Assembly (NCBI RefSeq): GCF_000299365.1 | Contig: NC_018655.1 | Span: forward strand, 570,001 to 602,000 | Length of the DNA stretch: 32,000 nucleotides | Direction: 5' to 3' | Origin: Candidatus Nitrosopumilus koreensis AR1 | GTDB taxonomy: Archaea > Thermoproteota > Nitrososphaeria > Nitrososphaerales > Nitrosopumilaceae | Made by a program: the position numbers and the translations under genes | The notes under the pieces: model-generated | Database searches by the model: none | Seen by the model: the letters and a program-made list of their open reading frames with translations, nothing else | Told to the model about the DNA's origin: nothing | Part shown: one piece after another, positions 10,401-19,177 of the stretch | How positions within the stretch are numbered: the stretch's first letter is position 1 | Layout: every line of letters starts with the position of its first letter

Positions 10401-10987
10401 CTGAAACCTATCTTGAAGTATCTTATGGTTATCGTTCAATGTCTACTAGAAAGAATTCCCTTGAAGAAGAAAGGAACTCTATTGTCAAGTTTATTGAAGA
10501 TATTGAAAAAGATAAACGACAAACGTTCTTGGATGCCTTTGATAAAGTCGATAAAGAAATCAAATTAATTTTCAATAAGATGACTGGTGGTAATGCTTGG
10601 TTAGAACTGCAAAATGAAGACGATATCTTCAACTCTGGAATTTCTTACTTGATTCAATTTCTAAATAAACCAAAAAGAGAATCTACATCCATTAGTGGTG
10701 GTGAGAAAACATTGGCTGCAATTGTGTTTGTGCTTGCTCTACAAAAATTAAAACCATCTCCATTCTATTTGTTTGATGAGGTTGATGCTCATCTTGATGC
10801 GCCAAACTCTGAAAGATTGTCTAATATTTTGGAGGAACGATCAAAAGAAAGCCAATTCATCATGGTTTCTCTAAAAGATTCAGTTGTACAAAAAGCAAAA
10901 TTGATCTATGGTGTGTTTCCAAAAAATGGTGTATCACACGTTGTTACTTACAAAGATAAGCGTATGCCTTCAGTTAGAAATTCTTAA
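7463..10987 (+). CDS. smc: Chromosome segregation protein SMC
   Basis: Walker A ISGPNGSGKSNILDAI, long coiled coils with a hinge, C-terminal SISGGEKTLAAIVFVLALQKLKPSPFYLFDEVDAHLD. Starts at TTG. Confidence 0.97.
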   Translation: MVHVKKVEIFGFKSFGFKNTTVQFEPGLVSISGPNGSGKSNILDAIIFAMGENKPKVMRVDKLRSLIHDIEGNRRGPKMARSSVHFDNSDRKIPVDSDTVEITREMDANGENTYYLNKKKTNRSHILDLLDMANAGLGQLNAVQQGTVTRISEFTSEEKRKTIEDLIGLSYFDEKKAESVKQLDEADRRLEIALAKMGEIKKRIDELEEERNQKLRHDILERELNRYKAIAAANKLKVISSQKDSKESTLHSLTSEITTFDEERNVLRNEIGTLETEKSKLMAEANDYTQAKSSLDTEIATAMEQYEIDNSAISASKKRIEQIDSRIPEIQKELEDINAARSDIDTQILKIKESIEETTAKKNKINSDLEIVDTQRNKILDEQSQAAAKKSEIDEKIRTLTTQLNDAKLKLSKLQHEKEDSKIKIDVNTAKLQDLKHSIEELTSSKSKLESMITNHNAAIVELKSRIKNLQLKKSKIISDMDEWGEILEKSNKAATHYESKIKTVKGFMHEDYTVAKLKEDAEKLGIDGLVYEMISWDKEYERPVLAVSSDWIKAIVVKDFATLLGIAEFARSKKLPKLKIIPLDAIPKFKLKLPNEPDVIGVLADFVHCKPAYSELKTFLFGNIVLTKTRESAYNVSQSGYKAVTMNGEYFEAKGGTVVIDIDSKISKLTKLISMSSDVDGLFQSINAVKKYLLMKKNSIKKLDESIQSNSDRLSISEQALTSVNENYSHLKPRIESALSMKEQLAKRISDLTSRDSIIESEILTNESHIESLQERISIVEENYASGEQTRIANELSRINIKKAEIEKLYTTITNEYRDKSSQLTTLETQDNREKSQSNRLNDEERSLNSEKEELQTKIHELEKQKESKNEILVKLRQKEQELIETSGSSIGQLKEFDDKLKVLSEKDRELTKQINTLERQSDSLNRDLHDLVENEVKLQQILSAFGFDKDMETFDVESIVQGLSAELASLNALNAKAPETYLEVSYGYRSMSTRKNSLEEERNSIVKFIEDIEKDKRQTFLDAFDKVDKEIKLIFNKMTGGNAWLELQNEDDIFNSGISYLIQFLNKPKRESTSISGGEKTLAAIVFVLALQKLKPSPFYLFDEVDAHLDAPNSERLSNILEERSKESQFIMVSLKDSVVQKAKLIYGVFPKNGVSHVVTYKDKRMPSVRNS

Positions 10988-11952
10988 TCTATTTTGACAT
11001 GACAAGCTGAATAATGTCCATTATCAATTAGTTCTAGGTCCGGCTCTACTTTGCATTTTTCTATGATGTATGGACATCGATTTCTAAATCTACATCCCTG
11101 AAGAATGTCTATGTTTGATGGCTCATTTATCCTGATTTTCTTTTCTCTGTGTAGGTTGTCAGGGTTTGGCTCAGATATTGCATCAATTAGTGCCTGTGTG
11201 TATGGGTGCTTTGGACTAAGTAAAACCTCGTCAATTGGTCCCATCTCTACAATCTTTCCTAAATACAAAATTCCTATCCTTTGACCAAAATACCTAGCTG
11301 TTGCCAAGTCATGTGTGATATAGATAAATGAAATACTGTACTTTTTTTGTAACTCGTGCATTAGTTCAAGCATTTCTGCTCTGATTGAGACATCTAACAT
11401 GGAAACTGGCTCATCTGCTAAAATGATTTTTGGTTTTAATGATAATGCTCTGGCCAGAACAACTCTTTGCCTCTGACCTCCTGATAGCATATGGGGGTAT
11501 TTTCTGATGATATCTTCTGCGGGTTCTAGTTTTACCTCTTGCAAGACTTCGATTACTCTTTTCTTTCTTTCATCTTTATTCCCGACATTGTGTATTTCTA
11601 GGGGCTCTGAAACAATGTCCCCAATTTTCATTCTTGGGTTGATGGAATCATACGGGTCTTGATGTATCATTTGACAGCCCATTCTGATTTTTTGCAAATT
11701 TTCAGGTTGGTTGTCTATCTCTTTATTTTCAAAAAATATTTTTCCAGAATCTGGTTCTATTGATCTTAAAATCAGTTTTGCAATAGTTGATTTTCCTGAA
11801 CCTGACTCTCCTGCTAAAACAAAGACTTCTCCTCTTTCTACAGAAAAAGAAATATCATCTGTTGCTCTTACTGTGTCTGATTGTTTTCCAAACATTCCTT
11901 TCTTGATGAAATATTTTTTCAAATGTTCTATTCTGAGAATCTCACTCAACAA
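10984..11952 (-). CDS. Oligopeptide/dipeptide-type ABC transporter ATP-binding protein (OppF/DppF-like)
   Basis: Walker A GESGSGKSTIAK, signature LSGGQRQRVVLARAL, Walker B KIILADEPVS, Cys-rich C-terminus CRFRNRCPYIIEKCKVEP typical of Opp/Dpp ATPases. Confidence 0.92.
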   Translation of the reverse strand: MLSEILRIEHLKKYFIKKGMFGKQSDTVRATDDISFSVERGEVFVLAGESGSGKSTIAKLILRSIEPDSGKIFFENKEIDNQPENLQKIRMGCQMIHQDPYDSINPRMKIGDIVSEPLEIHNVGNKDERKKRVIEVLQEVKLEPAEDIIRKYPHMLSGGQRQRVVLARALSLKPKIILADEPVSMLDVSIRAEMLELMHELQKKYSISFIYITHDLATARYFGQRIGILYLGKIVEMGPIDEVLLSPKHPYTQALIDAISEPNPDNLHREKKIRINEPSNIDILQGCRFRNRCPYIIEKCKVEPDLELIDNGHYSACHVKID

Positions 11953-12013
11953 ATACTGTTGAATTTAGAAGTATATCAAGAGATATAGTTATGCGTAAAA
12001 AATTGGCTTAAAG

Positions 12014-12021
12014 CTTTTAAG
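12014..12021 (+). promoter_or_regulatory. Candidate TATA-like element for egtD
   Basis: GCTTTTAAG centred about 27 nt upstream of the TTG start at 12045, compatible with a near-leaderless transcript. Confidence 0.3.
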
Positions 12022-12044
12022 TCCATTAAATGAGATTTTAATAC

Positions 12045-13067
12045 TTGAGTAATCCGGTACAGAAAAACAAAGAATACAAAAAATTTATTGTTGATTCTAG
12101 ATTACAATATTTCAAACCTCATGCAACCAGAATTGAAAAAACATTTGCTGAAGAAATATCTTCAAGCTTGGGCAGGAACCTGAAATCCATTCCTCCAAAA
12201 TTCTTTTATGACAAAAAAGGCTCTGACTTGTTTGAAAAAATTTGCTCTGTTTTGGAGTATTACCCCACTAGAACTGAAATTTCTATTTTACAAAAATTAA
12301 AAACAGAACTGTCATTATTTTTAGATGGTGATTTTAGACTAGTTGAATTAGGAAGTGGTTCATCAACAAAGACCCGGTTGCTTTTGGATTTTTTGACTGC
12401 TTCTCAAAAAACCACTGAATATTTTCCAATAGATATATCTGAAATTCTTGCAGAAAGTTCTGAAGAACTTCTAAATGATTACAAAAATCTTAGCATTACT
12501 GGAATAATTGATACATATGAAGGTGGATTAGAATTTTTAAAAACATACGATGATAAAAAAAATCTTATAATTTTTCTAGGTTCAAGCTTTGGCAATTTTT
12601 CTCCTGTTGATGGATACAAGTTTTTGGAGAAAATTTTCTCCACTATGAAACCTGGTGATTTGTTTTTGATTGGTCTTGATCTTGTAAAGGATACATCTAT
12701 TCTTGAATCTGCATATAATGATTCCAAAGGTATTACTGCAAAATTTAATCTCAATGTATTGTCTAGAATCAATGATGAACTTGATGCAGACTTTAACCTC
12801 GAAAATTTCTCCCATTATGCTGTCTACAATGAAAAGGATCAGCGAATTGAAATGTATTTGAAATCTTTAACTGAACAATCAGTTATTATTTCAAAATCTG
12901 ACCTAGAATTAAAATTACAAAAAGACGAACTCATTCATACAGAATATTCTCACAAGTATCGTTTATCTCAAATACATGATCTGCTTGATGATGTGGGATT
13001 TGAATTGAAACATACTTGGCTTGATGACAAAAAATACTTCTCATTGACCTTGGTATCTAAAAACTAG
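12045..13067 (+). CDS. egtD: L-histidine N-alpha-methyltransferase, ergothioneine biosynthesis
   Basis: PPKFFYDKKGSDLFEKICSVLEYYPTRTEISIL, LVELGSGSSTKTRLLLDFL, YFPIDIS, FLGSSFGNF are EgtD-type motifs. TTG start. Confidence 0.92.
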   Translation: MSNPVQKNKEYKKFIVDSRLQYFKPHATRIEKTFAEEISSSLGRNLKSIPPKFFYDKKGSDLFEKICSVLEYYPTRTEISILQKLKTELSLFLDGDFRLVELGSGSSTKTRLLLDFLTASQKTTEYFPIDISEILAESSEELLNDYKNLSITGIIDTYEGGLEFLKTYDDKKNLIIFLGSSFGNFSPVDGYKFLEKIFSTMKPGDLFLIGLDLVKDTSILESAYNDSKGITAKFNLNVLSRINDELDADFNLENFSHYAVYNEKDQRIEMYLKSLTEQSVIISKSDLELKLQKDELIHTEYSHKYRLSQIHDLLDDVGFELKHTWLDDKKYFSLTLVSKN

Positions 13068-14374
13068 ACATCTTCAGCACATCTAAAACCTGAAAATAAC
13101 CATCTCTCGTCTAATCTGAAAAAGTTTCTGTAACTTCCACGAATTGACATTTTTGGAGTTCCAAAAGAGCCTCCTCTCAAAACTTTTTGATTCGTAAACC
13201 ATTTGTCATTGTATTCATCAAACCCTGTTTTGAATCCTGGATACCCTGTAAATTCTGATGATGTCCATTCCCACACATCTCCAATCATTTGTTGACATCC
13301 TGAAGGACTTGCTCCATTTGGGTATGTTCCAATTTCAGTACATCCCCAATGATATGATTCAAGAAGATTGCATCTATCCTTTGATGGTTGTTCATTTCCC
13401 CATGGAAAAATTGTTTTTTCTTGTTTGTCTTCGTTCCAACATGCTGCTTTTTCCCATTCATCTTCAGTTGGTAGTCTTTTTCCTGCCCATTTACAATATG
13501 CATCTGCTTCATAGAAACTAACATGACAAACTGGTTCATTTGGATTAATTTCTCTAATGCCTAAAAAATCCCTAACATTCCATTTACCATCAATTTTTTC
13601 CCAATACATTGGTGCCTTCCATTTGTTTTCTTTTACTTTTTCCCATCCGTCTGATAACCAGTATTTGTATGTCTCATATCCACCATCTTCGATGAATTGT
13701 AAATATTGTTGATTGGTAATTGGAAAAACATCAATTTTGTAATCATTAAGGTAAATTTTATGTTCTGGAAGTTCAATGTCGTAACAGAATTCTTTTCCGT
13801 TAAATCCCATTGTATATAGTCCGCCTTTTACATGAACAGTTTTCTTTGCAACCTCGTTTTGTTTTTCAATTTTGTTTTTTTGTACTGGCCTATATTGTTC
13901 TGCAAGAAGATGTTGTAAATCATACACCAATAATTCTTGATGTTGACATTCGTGGTGAAATCCCATTGTAATTAATCTGATTGCATCATCACTCAAAGAT
14001 TGGGTTTCGATAAATTTTTCTACTCTTTGATTGATCATGTTAAAGTATTGGAAAATTTGATCAACTGTTGGTCTGGATATGACTCCTCGTAATCCTTTGT
14101 CATGTGGAACTCCAAACTGTTGGTAGTATGAATTCAAATATTCTGAAAATTCTTTTGAATAAAATTCATAATTCTTATCTAATTTACTCATAATTGCTTC
14201 ATAAATCCAACTAACATGTCCTACGTGCCATTTGGGTGGACTCATGAAAAACGCAGTTTGTACCACAAAATCGTCTTTTTCTAAGGTTTTCACTAACTCT
14301 AGAGTTCTTTTTCTTGTTTCTCTAAATTGTTCTAACAATGGTCTCTTTTCTTCCAATTGTGGGTTACTGGTCAT
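13064..14374 (-). CDS. egtB: EgtB-type non-haem iron sulfoxide synthase (DinB_2 + FGE-sulfatase domains)
   Basis: Iron-binding HHECQHQELLVYD, substrate loops, and FGE-type C-terminus RGGSFGTPKMSIRGSYRNFFRLDERWLFSGFRCAED. Confidence 0.9.
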   Translation of the reverse strand: MTSNPQLEEKRPLLEQFRETRKRTLELVKTLEKDDFVVQTAFFMSPPKWHVGHVSWIYEAIMSKLDKNYEFYSKEFSEYLNSYYQQFGVPHDKGLRGVISRPTVDQIFQYFNMINQRVEKFIETQSLSDDAIRLITMGFHHECQHQELLVYDLQHLLAEQYRPVQKNKIEKQNEVAKKTVHVKGGLYTMGFNGKEFCYDIELPEHKIYLNDYKIDVFPITNQQYLQFIEDGGYETYKYWLSDGWEKVKENKWKAPMYWEKIDGKWNVRDFLGIREINPNEPVCHVSFYEADAYCKWAGKRLPTEDEWEKAACWNEDKQEKTIFPWGNEQPSKDRCNLLESYHWGCTEIGTYPNGASPSGCQQMIGDVWEWTSSEFTGYPGFKTGFDEYNDKWFTNQKVLRGGSFGTPKMSIRGSYRNFFRLDERWLFSGFRCAEDV

Positions 14375-14430
14375 ATTGCTAATCAGTTTTTTCTATTATT
14401 ATATTTGACCATGTTTTCATTGTTGAAAAT

Positions 14431-14838
14431 TTGAAAATTCTTTTTATCTTTATTTTCTTATCAAAATGTATGTCTGATGATTCTTTAGCTTCAAAATGTG
14501 AACTTTTACTCAAAGAACCAGAAATTCGTTTTGCAGGATTTTTAGATATGATGGGAAATTTGATTGTAGGTTCATTTCGAGATAATGTAAAACCATTAAA
14601 AAATGAAGAAGAACGTAAAAAAATGTTCATAGAGGCTGTATTAAGAATTAGAACTAGACAGGATTTTGATAATAATCTTGGACCTGTATCTTATGCTGCT
14701 GCACGCAGAAAGAACATTGTTACATTTACGTTTCCATTAGATGATGTAGTCTTGTTTGTATCTACAGAATCTAATGTGGATATTGACAAGACTGCATACA
14801 AAATAATGGATTTGTGTTCTATTAAAAATAATTCTTAA
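14431..14838 (+). CDS. Conserved archaeal hypothetical, possibly DUF6659 family; start may be ATG 14470
   Basis: MSDDSLASKCELLLKEPEIRFAGFLDMMGNLIVGSFRDNVKPLKNEEERKKMFIEAVLRIRTRQDFDNNLGPVSYAAARRKNIVTFTFPL; roadblock-like pattern. The family name is from memory. Confidence 0.55.
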   Translation: MKILFIFIFLSKCMSDDSLASKCELLLKEPEIRFAGFLDMMGNLIVGSFRDNVKPLKNEEERKKMFIEAVLRIRTRQDFDNNLGPVSYAAARRKNIVTFTFPLDDVVLFVSTESNVDIDKTAYKIMDLCSIKNNS

Positions 14839-16277
14839 TACCCTCTAGCAAAAATTGGAACTGACTCACTTTGTCCTCCACAATACATGCATTTTAGGCC
14901 TGTATTTTCACTACCAAATGGAATAACTCGTATGTCTGCACCTGTTTCTTCTTTGATCTTTTCTTCACACTCTAATTTTCCACACCATGGAGCGTTGAAG
15001 AATCCTCCCTCCTCAATTTTTGATTTAAACTCTGTATAATCTGAAATATCTTTAGTATTTTCATTTGATTGAATTCGAGCATTTTCTAGCATGTTTTTTT
15101 GTATTTCATCTAAAATCAAATCAACATTTTCTATTTCACTAAAGTCTAAATTTGATTTTTCACGATTGTATCTTTTTGCAATTACAATGCTCTGCTTTTC
15201 AATATCTTTTGGTCCAATTTCTATACGTAAAGGCACCCCTTTCATCTCCCAATCGTTGAATTTGTATCCTGGAGATAATCCTTGCCTGTCATCTACTTGA
15301 ACTCTGACATCTTTTGACTCTAATTTTTCTTGAATTTCTTTTACTTTTGGCAATACTTTGTCTCTGCCTTCATCATTTTTGTAAATTGGAACAATTACTA
15401 CTTGTGTTGGGGCAACTTTGGGCGGTAAAACAAGACCTTGATCATCTCCATGAGCCATAATCATTGCACCGATTAATCTCCATGAAACTCCCCATGAAGT
15501 TTGCCATGCAAAATGCTCTACATTGTCTTTATCTGCAAATTTCACTTCAAATGGTTTTGAAAAATTTTGTCCTAGGAAATGTGATGTGCCCATTTGGAGA
15601 GCTTTGCCATCAGGCATTATGGACTCCATTGTTGTTGTATATACTGCTCCTACAAATTTTTCTTTTTCACTTTTCTTTCCAGTTGTAACTGGAATTGCTA
15701 ATTCTTCCTCAACAGTATTTTTGTAAATATCTAAAATTTTCATTACCTCTTCCTCCGCTTCTTCTTGTGTTGCATGTACGGTATGCCCTTCTTGCCACAG
15801 AAATTCTGATGTTCTCAGAAATGGTTTTGTTGCTTTGATCTCTGCACGTAAAGCCGTATTCCAAAAATTAATTTTTAATGGTAGATCTCTCCAACTCTGA
15901 ATCCATTTAGAGTATAATGTGTATGCCAATGTTTCAGATGTTGGTCTTAATGCTAATCTATCTCCAATCTCGTTTGTTCCTGAATGTGTTACCCAAAAAA
16001 CCTCTGGGTTAAAACCTGCAAAATGCTTTTGCTCTTTTCCTAACAACGATTCTGGGATTAACACTGGAAGAAACCCATTTCTTATTCCGTTTTTTGCAAA
16101 TTTCTTATCAAATGTGTTTTTTAATGATTCCCAAATTGAATAACCGTCTGGTCTGAGTACGATTAATCCTTTAACTGGTGCGTAATCTGCCAATTTAGCT
16201 TTTAACACGACTTGGGTATACCATTCGCTAAAGTCATCTTTTTTTGAAACTGTAATCCCTACGTCTTCTTTACTCAA
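14835..16277 (-). CDS. proS: Prolyl-tRNA synthetase (archaeal/eukaryal-type, short)
   Basis: VLRPDGYSIWESLKNTFDKKF, LRPTSETLAYTLYSKWIQSWRDLPLKINFWNTALRAE, FLRTSEFLWQEGHTVHAT, C-terminal zinc-type Cys cluster. Confidence 0.96.
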   Translation of the reverse strand: MSKEDVGITVSKKDDFSEWYTQVVLKAKLADYAPVKGLIVLRPDGYSIWESLKNTFDKKFAKNGIRNGFLPVLIPESLLGKEQKHFAGFNPEVFWVTHSGTNEIGDRLALRPTSETLAYTLYSKWIQSWRDLPLKINFWNTALRAEIKATKPFLRTSEFLWQEGHTVHATQEEAEEEVMKILDIYKNTVEEELAIPVTTGKKSEKEKFVGAVYTTTMESIMPDGKALQMGTSHFLGQNFSKPFEVKFADKDNVEHFAWQTSWGVSWRLIGAMIMAHGDDQGLVLPPKVAPTQVVIVPIYKNDEGRDKVLPKVKEIQEKLESKDVRVQVDDRQGLSPGYKFNDWEMKGVPLRIEIGPKDIEKQSIVIAKRYNREKSNLDFSEIENVDLILDEIQKNMLENARIQSNENTKDISDYTEFKSKIEEGGFFNAPWCGKLECEEKIKEETGADIRVIPFGSENTGLKCMYCGGQSESVPIFARGY

Positions 16278-16344
16278 ACTAAAATTCCAAGAATAAATTA
16301 ACTAATGAGCCTTTCGTGAATATTGGACTAACTTTTCTTTAGTG

Positions 16345-16641
16345 TTAAAGGGGGTCCCCTTTGCATAGTACTTTGCCTGTAACTCTACTTTGGAAGTTTG
16401 GACATACAAAGCATTGAATAAAATGAATGTCGTCCTTTAGAACTGGACAAGCAACAAATTCTTGTTTCATTCTTTTGAGCATTTTTGGACTGACGCCTTT
16501 TAACTTCAATTTTCCTTTATCGTCCATCATACCTGATGTTTTTAACTCAGCTTTGACGTTATCTGGTAGTTTTTGTCGTCCTTCTCTTTCTTGAATTTCT
16601 ACTTCAAATTTGTGTTCTAATTCATCCATAACTATCCACAT
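16345..16641 (-). CDS. Hypothetical small protein with C-terminal Cys cluster (98 aa)
   Basis: Charged N-terminus and C-terminal VACPVLKDDIHFIQCFVCPNFQSRVTGKVLCKGDPL (C...CxxC...C). Confidence 0.55.
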   Translation of the reverse strand: MWIVMDELEHKFEVEIQEREGRQKLPDNVKAELKTSGMMDDKGKLKLKGVSPKMLKRMKQEFVACPVLKDDIHFIQCFVCPNFQSRVTGKVLCKGDPL

Positions 16642-16713
16642 TACTCCGGTGATTTATTACTAGCGCTTTTTGGATCTCAAAAAAGTTTAAACTTTAATAT
16701 AATTAGCAAATTT

Positions 16714-17382
16714 TTGCAAAACAGAAATCAATTGTTAGTAATTTTTGATGTGGAGGGAGTTTTGTATGATGAAGAATATCTGCCAATTCTTGCAGAAAAG
16801 ATCAATAAGCAAGATGAGATTTGGGCAATTACCAAACAAGGAATTCAAGGTAAAATTAACTGGGAAGAAGGACTTCGAACTCGTGTTGCTGCACTAAAAG
16901 GGTTAGATCAAAAAACATGTCAAGAAGTTTCAGATGCTTTGCCTATCATGACTGGTGCAAAAGAAGCATGTAGAGCATTGAAGGCGGCAGGTTGGAAACT
17001 GATGGCTGTATCTGGAGGATTTACCTTGATGATGGAAAGATTACAAAAAGAATTGAACTTGGATTATGTTTATTCTAATGAACTGATTTTCAAAGATGGT
17101 AAACTTGACGGTGTAAAAATTAATGTTGATTCTGATAAATCAAAATCTGCAAAAATAAAAATTGAAGAATGGGGTGAAAAGAAGGAAGATATTGTCTGTG
17201 TGGTTGATGGCGCAAATGATGTCAAATTATTTGATATCTGTGGGCTGGGAATTGCATATAGAGCACAGGACATAGTTAAAGATTTAGCAACTACAACTCT
17301 AGAAGAAAAAGATCTTTCAAAAATATTGGATATTATCAACAAACATTACAAGTTAGAATTAGAAGTTCCAACACCTGCATAA
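16714..17382 (+). CDS. HAD-superfamily phosphatase, phosphoserine phosphatase (SerB)-like; start may be TTG 16732
   Basis: Motif I LLVIFDVEGVLYDEE, motif II LMAVSGGF, motif IV VVDGANDVKLFDICGLGIAYRA. Confidence 0.8.
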   Translation: MQNRNQLLVIFDVEGVLYDEEYLPILAEKINKQDEIWAITKQGIQGKINWEEGLRTRVAALKGLDQKTCQEVSDALPIMTGAKEACRALKAAGWKLMAVSGGFTLMMERLQKELNLDYVYSNELIFKDGKLDGVKINVDSDKSKSAKIKIEEWGEKKEDIVCVVDGANDVKLFDICGLGIAYRAQDIVKDLATTTLEEKDLSKILDIINKHYKLELEVPTPA

Positions 17383-17410
17383 ACAATTTTTTAGTCCATA
17401 AACTCAGACA

Positions 17411-18142
17411 TTGTACTTGGAAATTATTCCCATAACTATTGAAAAAGAAATTGATACTTCTGATGATCTTTCACAATTAATTCTCTCTTCAAATGAAATT
17501 CAAGATGGTGATATTCTAATAATTGCCCAAAAAATAATTTCAAAACAAGAAGGACGTTTAGTTGATTTATCTACTGTAAAACCCTCCTTGCTTTCTGAAG
17601 GGATTAGTTCTCAATATCAAAAGGATCCCCGAATAACTGAATTAATTTTGTCTGAATCAAAACGAATCATTAGAATGAAAAATGGAATTTTAATTGTTGA
17701 AACAAATGATGGTGTAATTTGTGCTAATGCAGGCATTGACGAAAGTAATGTTAAAGAAGGCTTTGCAACATTGTTGCCGGTAAATTCTGATAAATCTGCA
17801 AGTATTATACGTAAAAGAATTTTTGAGCAAACAAAAAAAGATGTTGCAGTAATAATCTCCGACACATTTGGCCGTCCGTTTAGAATGGGGCAAACTAATT
17901 GCGCTATAGGGATTTCTGGAATGTCTCCTATAATTGATTATGAAGGAACTAAAGATACTTTTGGAAAAACTTTACGTGTTACTGCAATTGCAATTGCAGA
18001 TGAACTTTCATCTGCATCTGAACTAGTCATGGGTAAAACATTGCAAAATCCTGTGGCGATAGTTCGTGGTTACTCCTTCCAAAAATCTAATTGCGGGATA
18101 ACTGAATTAATTCGTCCTGAACATGAAGATCTTTTTCGATAA
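17411..18142 (+). CDS. cofE: Coenzyme F420-0:L-glutamate ligase
   Basis: GDILIIAQKIISKQEGRLVDL, GVICANAGIDESNV, ISDTFGRPFRMGQTNCAIGISGM. Confidence 0.92.
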   Translation: MYLEIIPITIEKEIDTSDDLSQLILSSNEIQDGDILIIAQKIISKQEGRLVDLSTVKPSLLSEGISSQYQKDPRITELILSESKRIIRMKNGILIVETNDGVICANAGIDESNVKEGFATLLPVNSDKSASIIRKRIFEQTKKDVAVIISDTFGRPFRMGQTNCAIGISGMSPIIDYEGTKDTFGKTLRVTAIAIADELSSASELVMGKTLQNPVAIVRGYSFQKSNCGITELIRPEHEDLFR

Positions 18143-18196
18143 ACTATAATTGATTTCAATAAGATTATTACCTAAAGATGAAAAATTTCATTTGAT

Positions 18197-19111
18197 ATGC
18201 CAATAAACGTTGAATTACATTGTCATAATTCTTTTTCAAATTTTCACGTAGGTGATGATGAACCTCCCTATGATTGTGATATTTCAATTAGGGATCAACT
18301 TGAGCGATCATACAATTTAGGATTAGATGCAATTTTTGTTACAAATCACAACACATTGGATGGTTATCATCAATTACTGGAATACAAAAATGATCACTCA
18401 AAATTTAAAAATATAGATGTTTTTCCCGCTGAAGAAATTACTACTGATACTGGAGCACATGTCTTAGCTTATGGAATACATGATGCAATATCTCCTGGGT
18501 TGTCTCTTGAAGAAGTTATAGATGAGGTTAGAAAACAAAGTGGTGTTTCATCTGCCCCTCACCCATTTAGTTTACTTGATGCATTGCGTGACGGTGCTAA
18601 AAAATGTGATATGGTTGAAGTTTTTAATAGCAATAACGTTGATATTTTGTCTAATGCTCGTGCAACTGAGTTTGCTCTAGACAATAACATGATACAAGTT
18701 GCTGGAAGTGACTCTCATGTTTTGTCGACTCTGGGCAGATGTGTAAATGTAATTGATTCAGAAAACAACCTTGATGATATTTTATTTTCAATGAAACATG
18801 GGAAAATCAAAATTTCGCAAACCGGCTATGCACATCAGACTGAAACTCTTGATCACCTGCGATACAAAATTAATAATTCGAAAGAATATTTGATTGATTA
18901 TATCTCTGAACACTATCCTAACGCAAAATGGCTTTTGACATTGTTATTGAGAATTTATGATTCCAATCAAAATAGTCACATGTGGTCTCTTTTTTACAAA
19001 ATTGCAATTTATTTGATGAAGAGAATTTCACAAAAAATCAATTTCCAAAATCAGGATCCAAGTTTCATGAAAGACCGAAATCTTGCAACCATGTTCAAAA
19101 TGGCATTGTAA
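18197..19111 (+). CDS. PHP-domain metal-dependent phosphoesterase
   Basis: VELHCHNSFSNF, AIFVTNHNTLDGYHQLL, FPAEEITTDTGAHVLAYGI, SAPHPF, AGSDSHVLSTLG. Confidence 0.82.
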   Translation: MPINVELHCHNSFSNFHVGDDEPPYDCDISIRDQLERSYNLGLDAIFVTNHNTLDGYHQLLEYKNDHSKFKNIDVFPAEEITTDTGAHVLAYGIHDAISPGLSLEEVIDEVRKQSGVSSAPHPFSLLDALRDGAKKCDMVEVFNSNNVDILSNARATEFALDNNMIQVAGSDSHVLSTLGRCVNVIDSENNLDDILFSMKHGKIKISQTGYAHQTETLDHLRYKINNSKEYLIDYISEHYPNAKWLLTLLLRIYDSNQNSHMWSLFYKIAIYLMKRISQKINFQNQDPSFMKDRNLATMFKMAL

Positions 19112-19177
19112 TCCAAATTGAATCTGAAAAACTCAAATAGCTTTTAATATGACAAAACGCCATTTTTTAATTATAAT

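Noticed and set aside
8319-10632. Short ORFs inside smc (8319-8510, 9385-9585, 10429-10632)
   Set aside because: Contained within the SMC coding sequence; no supporting evidence.
13258-13539. Extra ORFs within egtB
   Set aside because: Alternate-frame translations of a well-supported EgtB CDS; no independent start context or domain.
15091-16143. Several 67-74 aa ORFs antisense or alternate-frame to proS
   Set aside because: Fully contained in proS, no recognisable domain, and typical of AT-rich antisense open frames.
16347-16362. AAAGGGGGTCCCCTTT near-palindrome
   Set aside because: It coincides with the final codons and stop of the 98-aa ORF (CKGDPL*), and a 2-nt spacer is too short for a hairpin. 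Probably coincidental.
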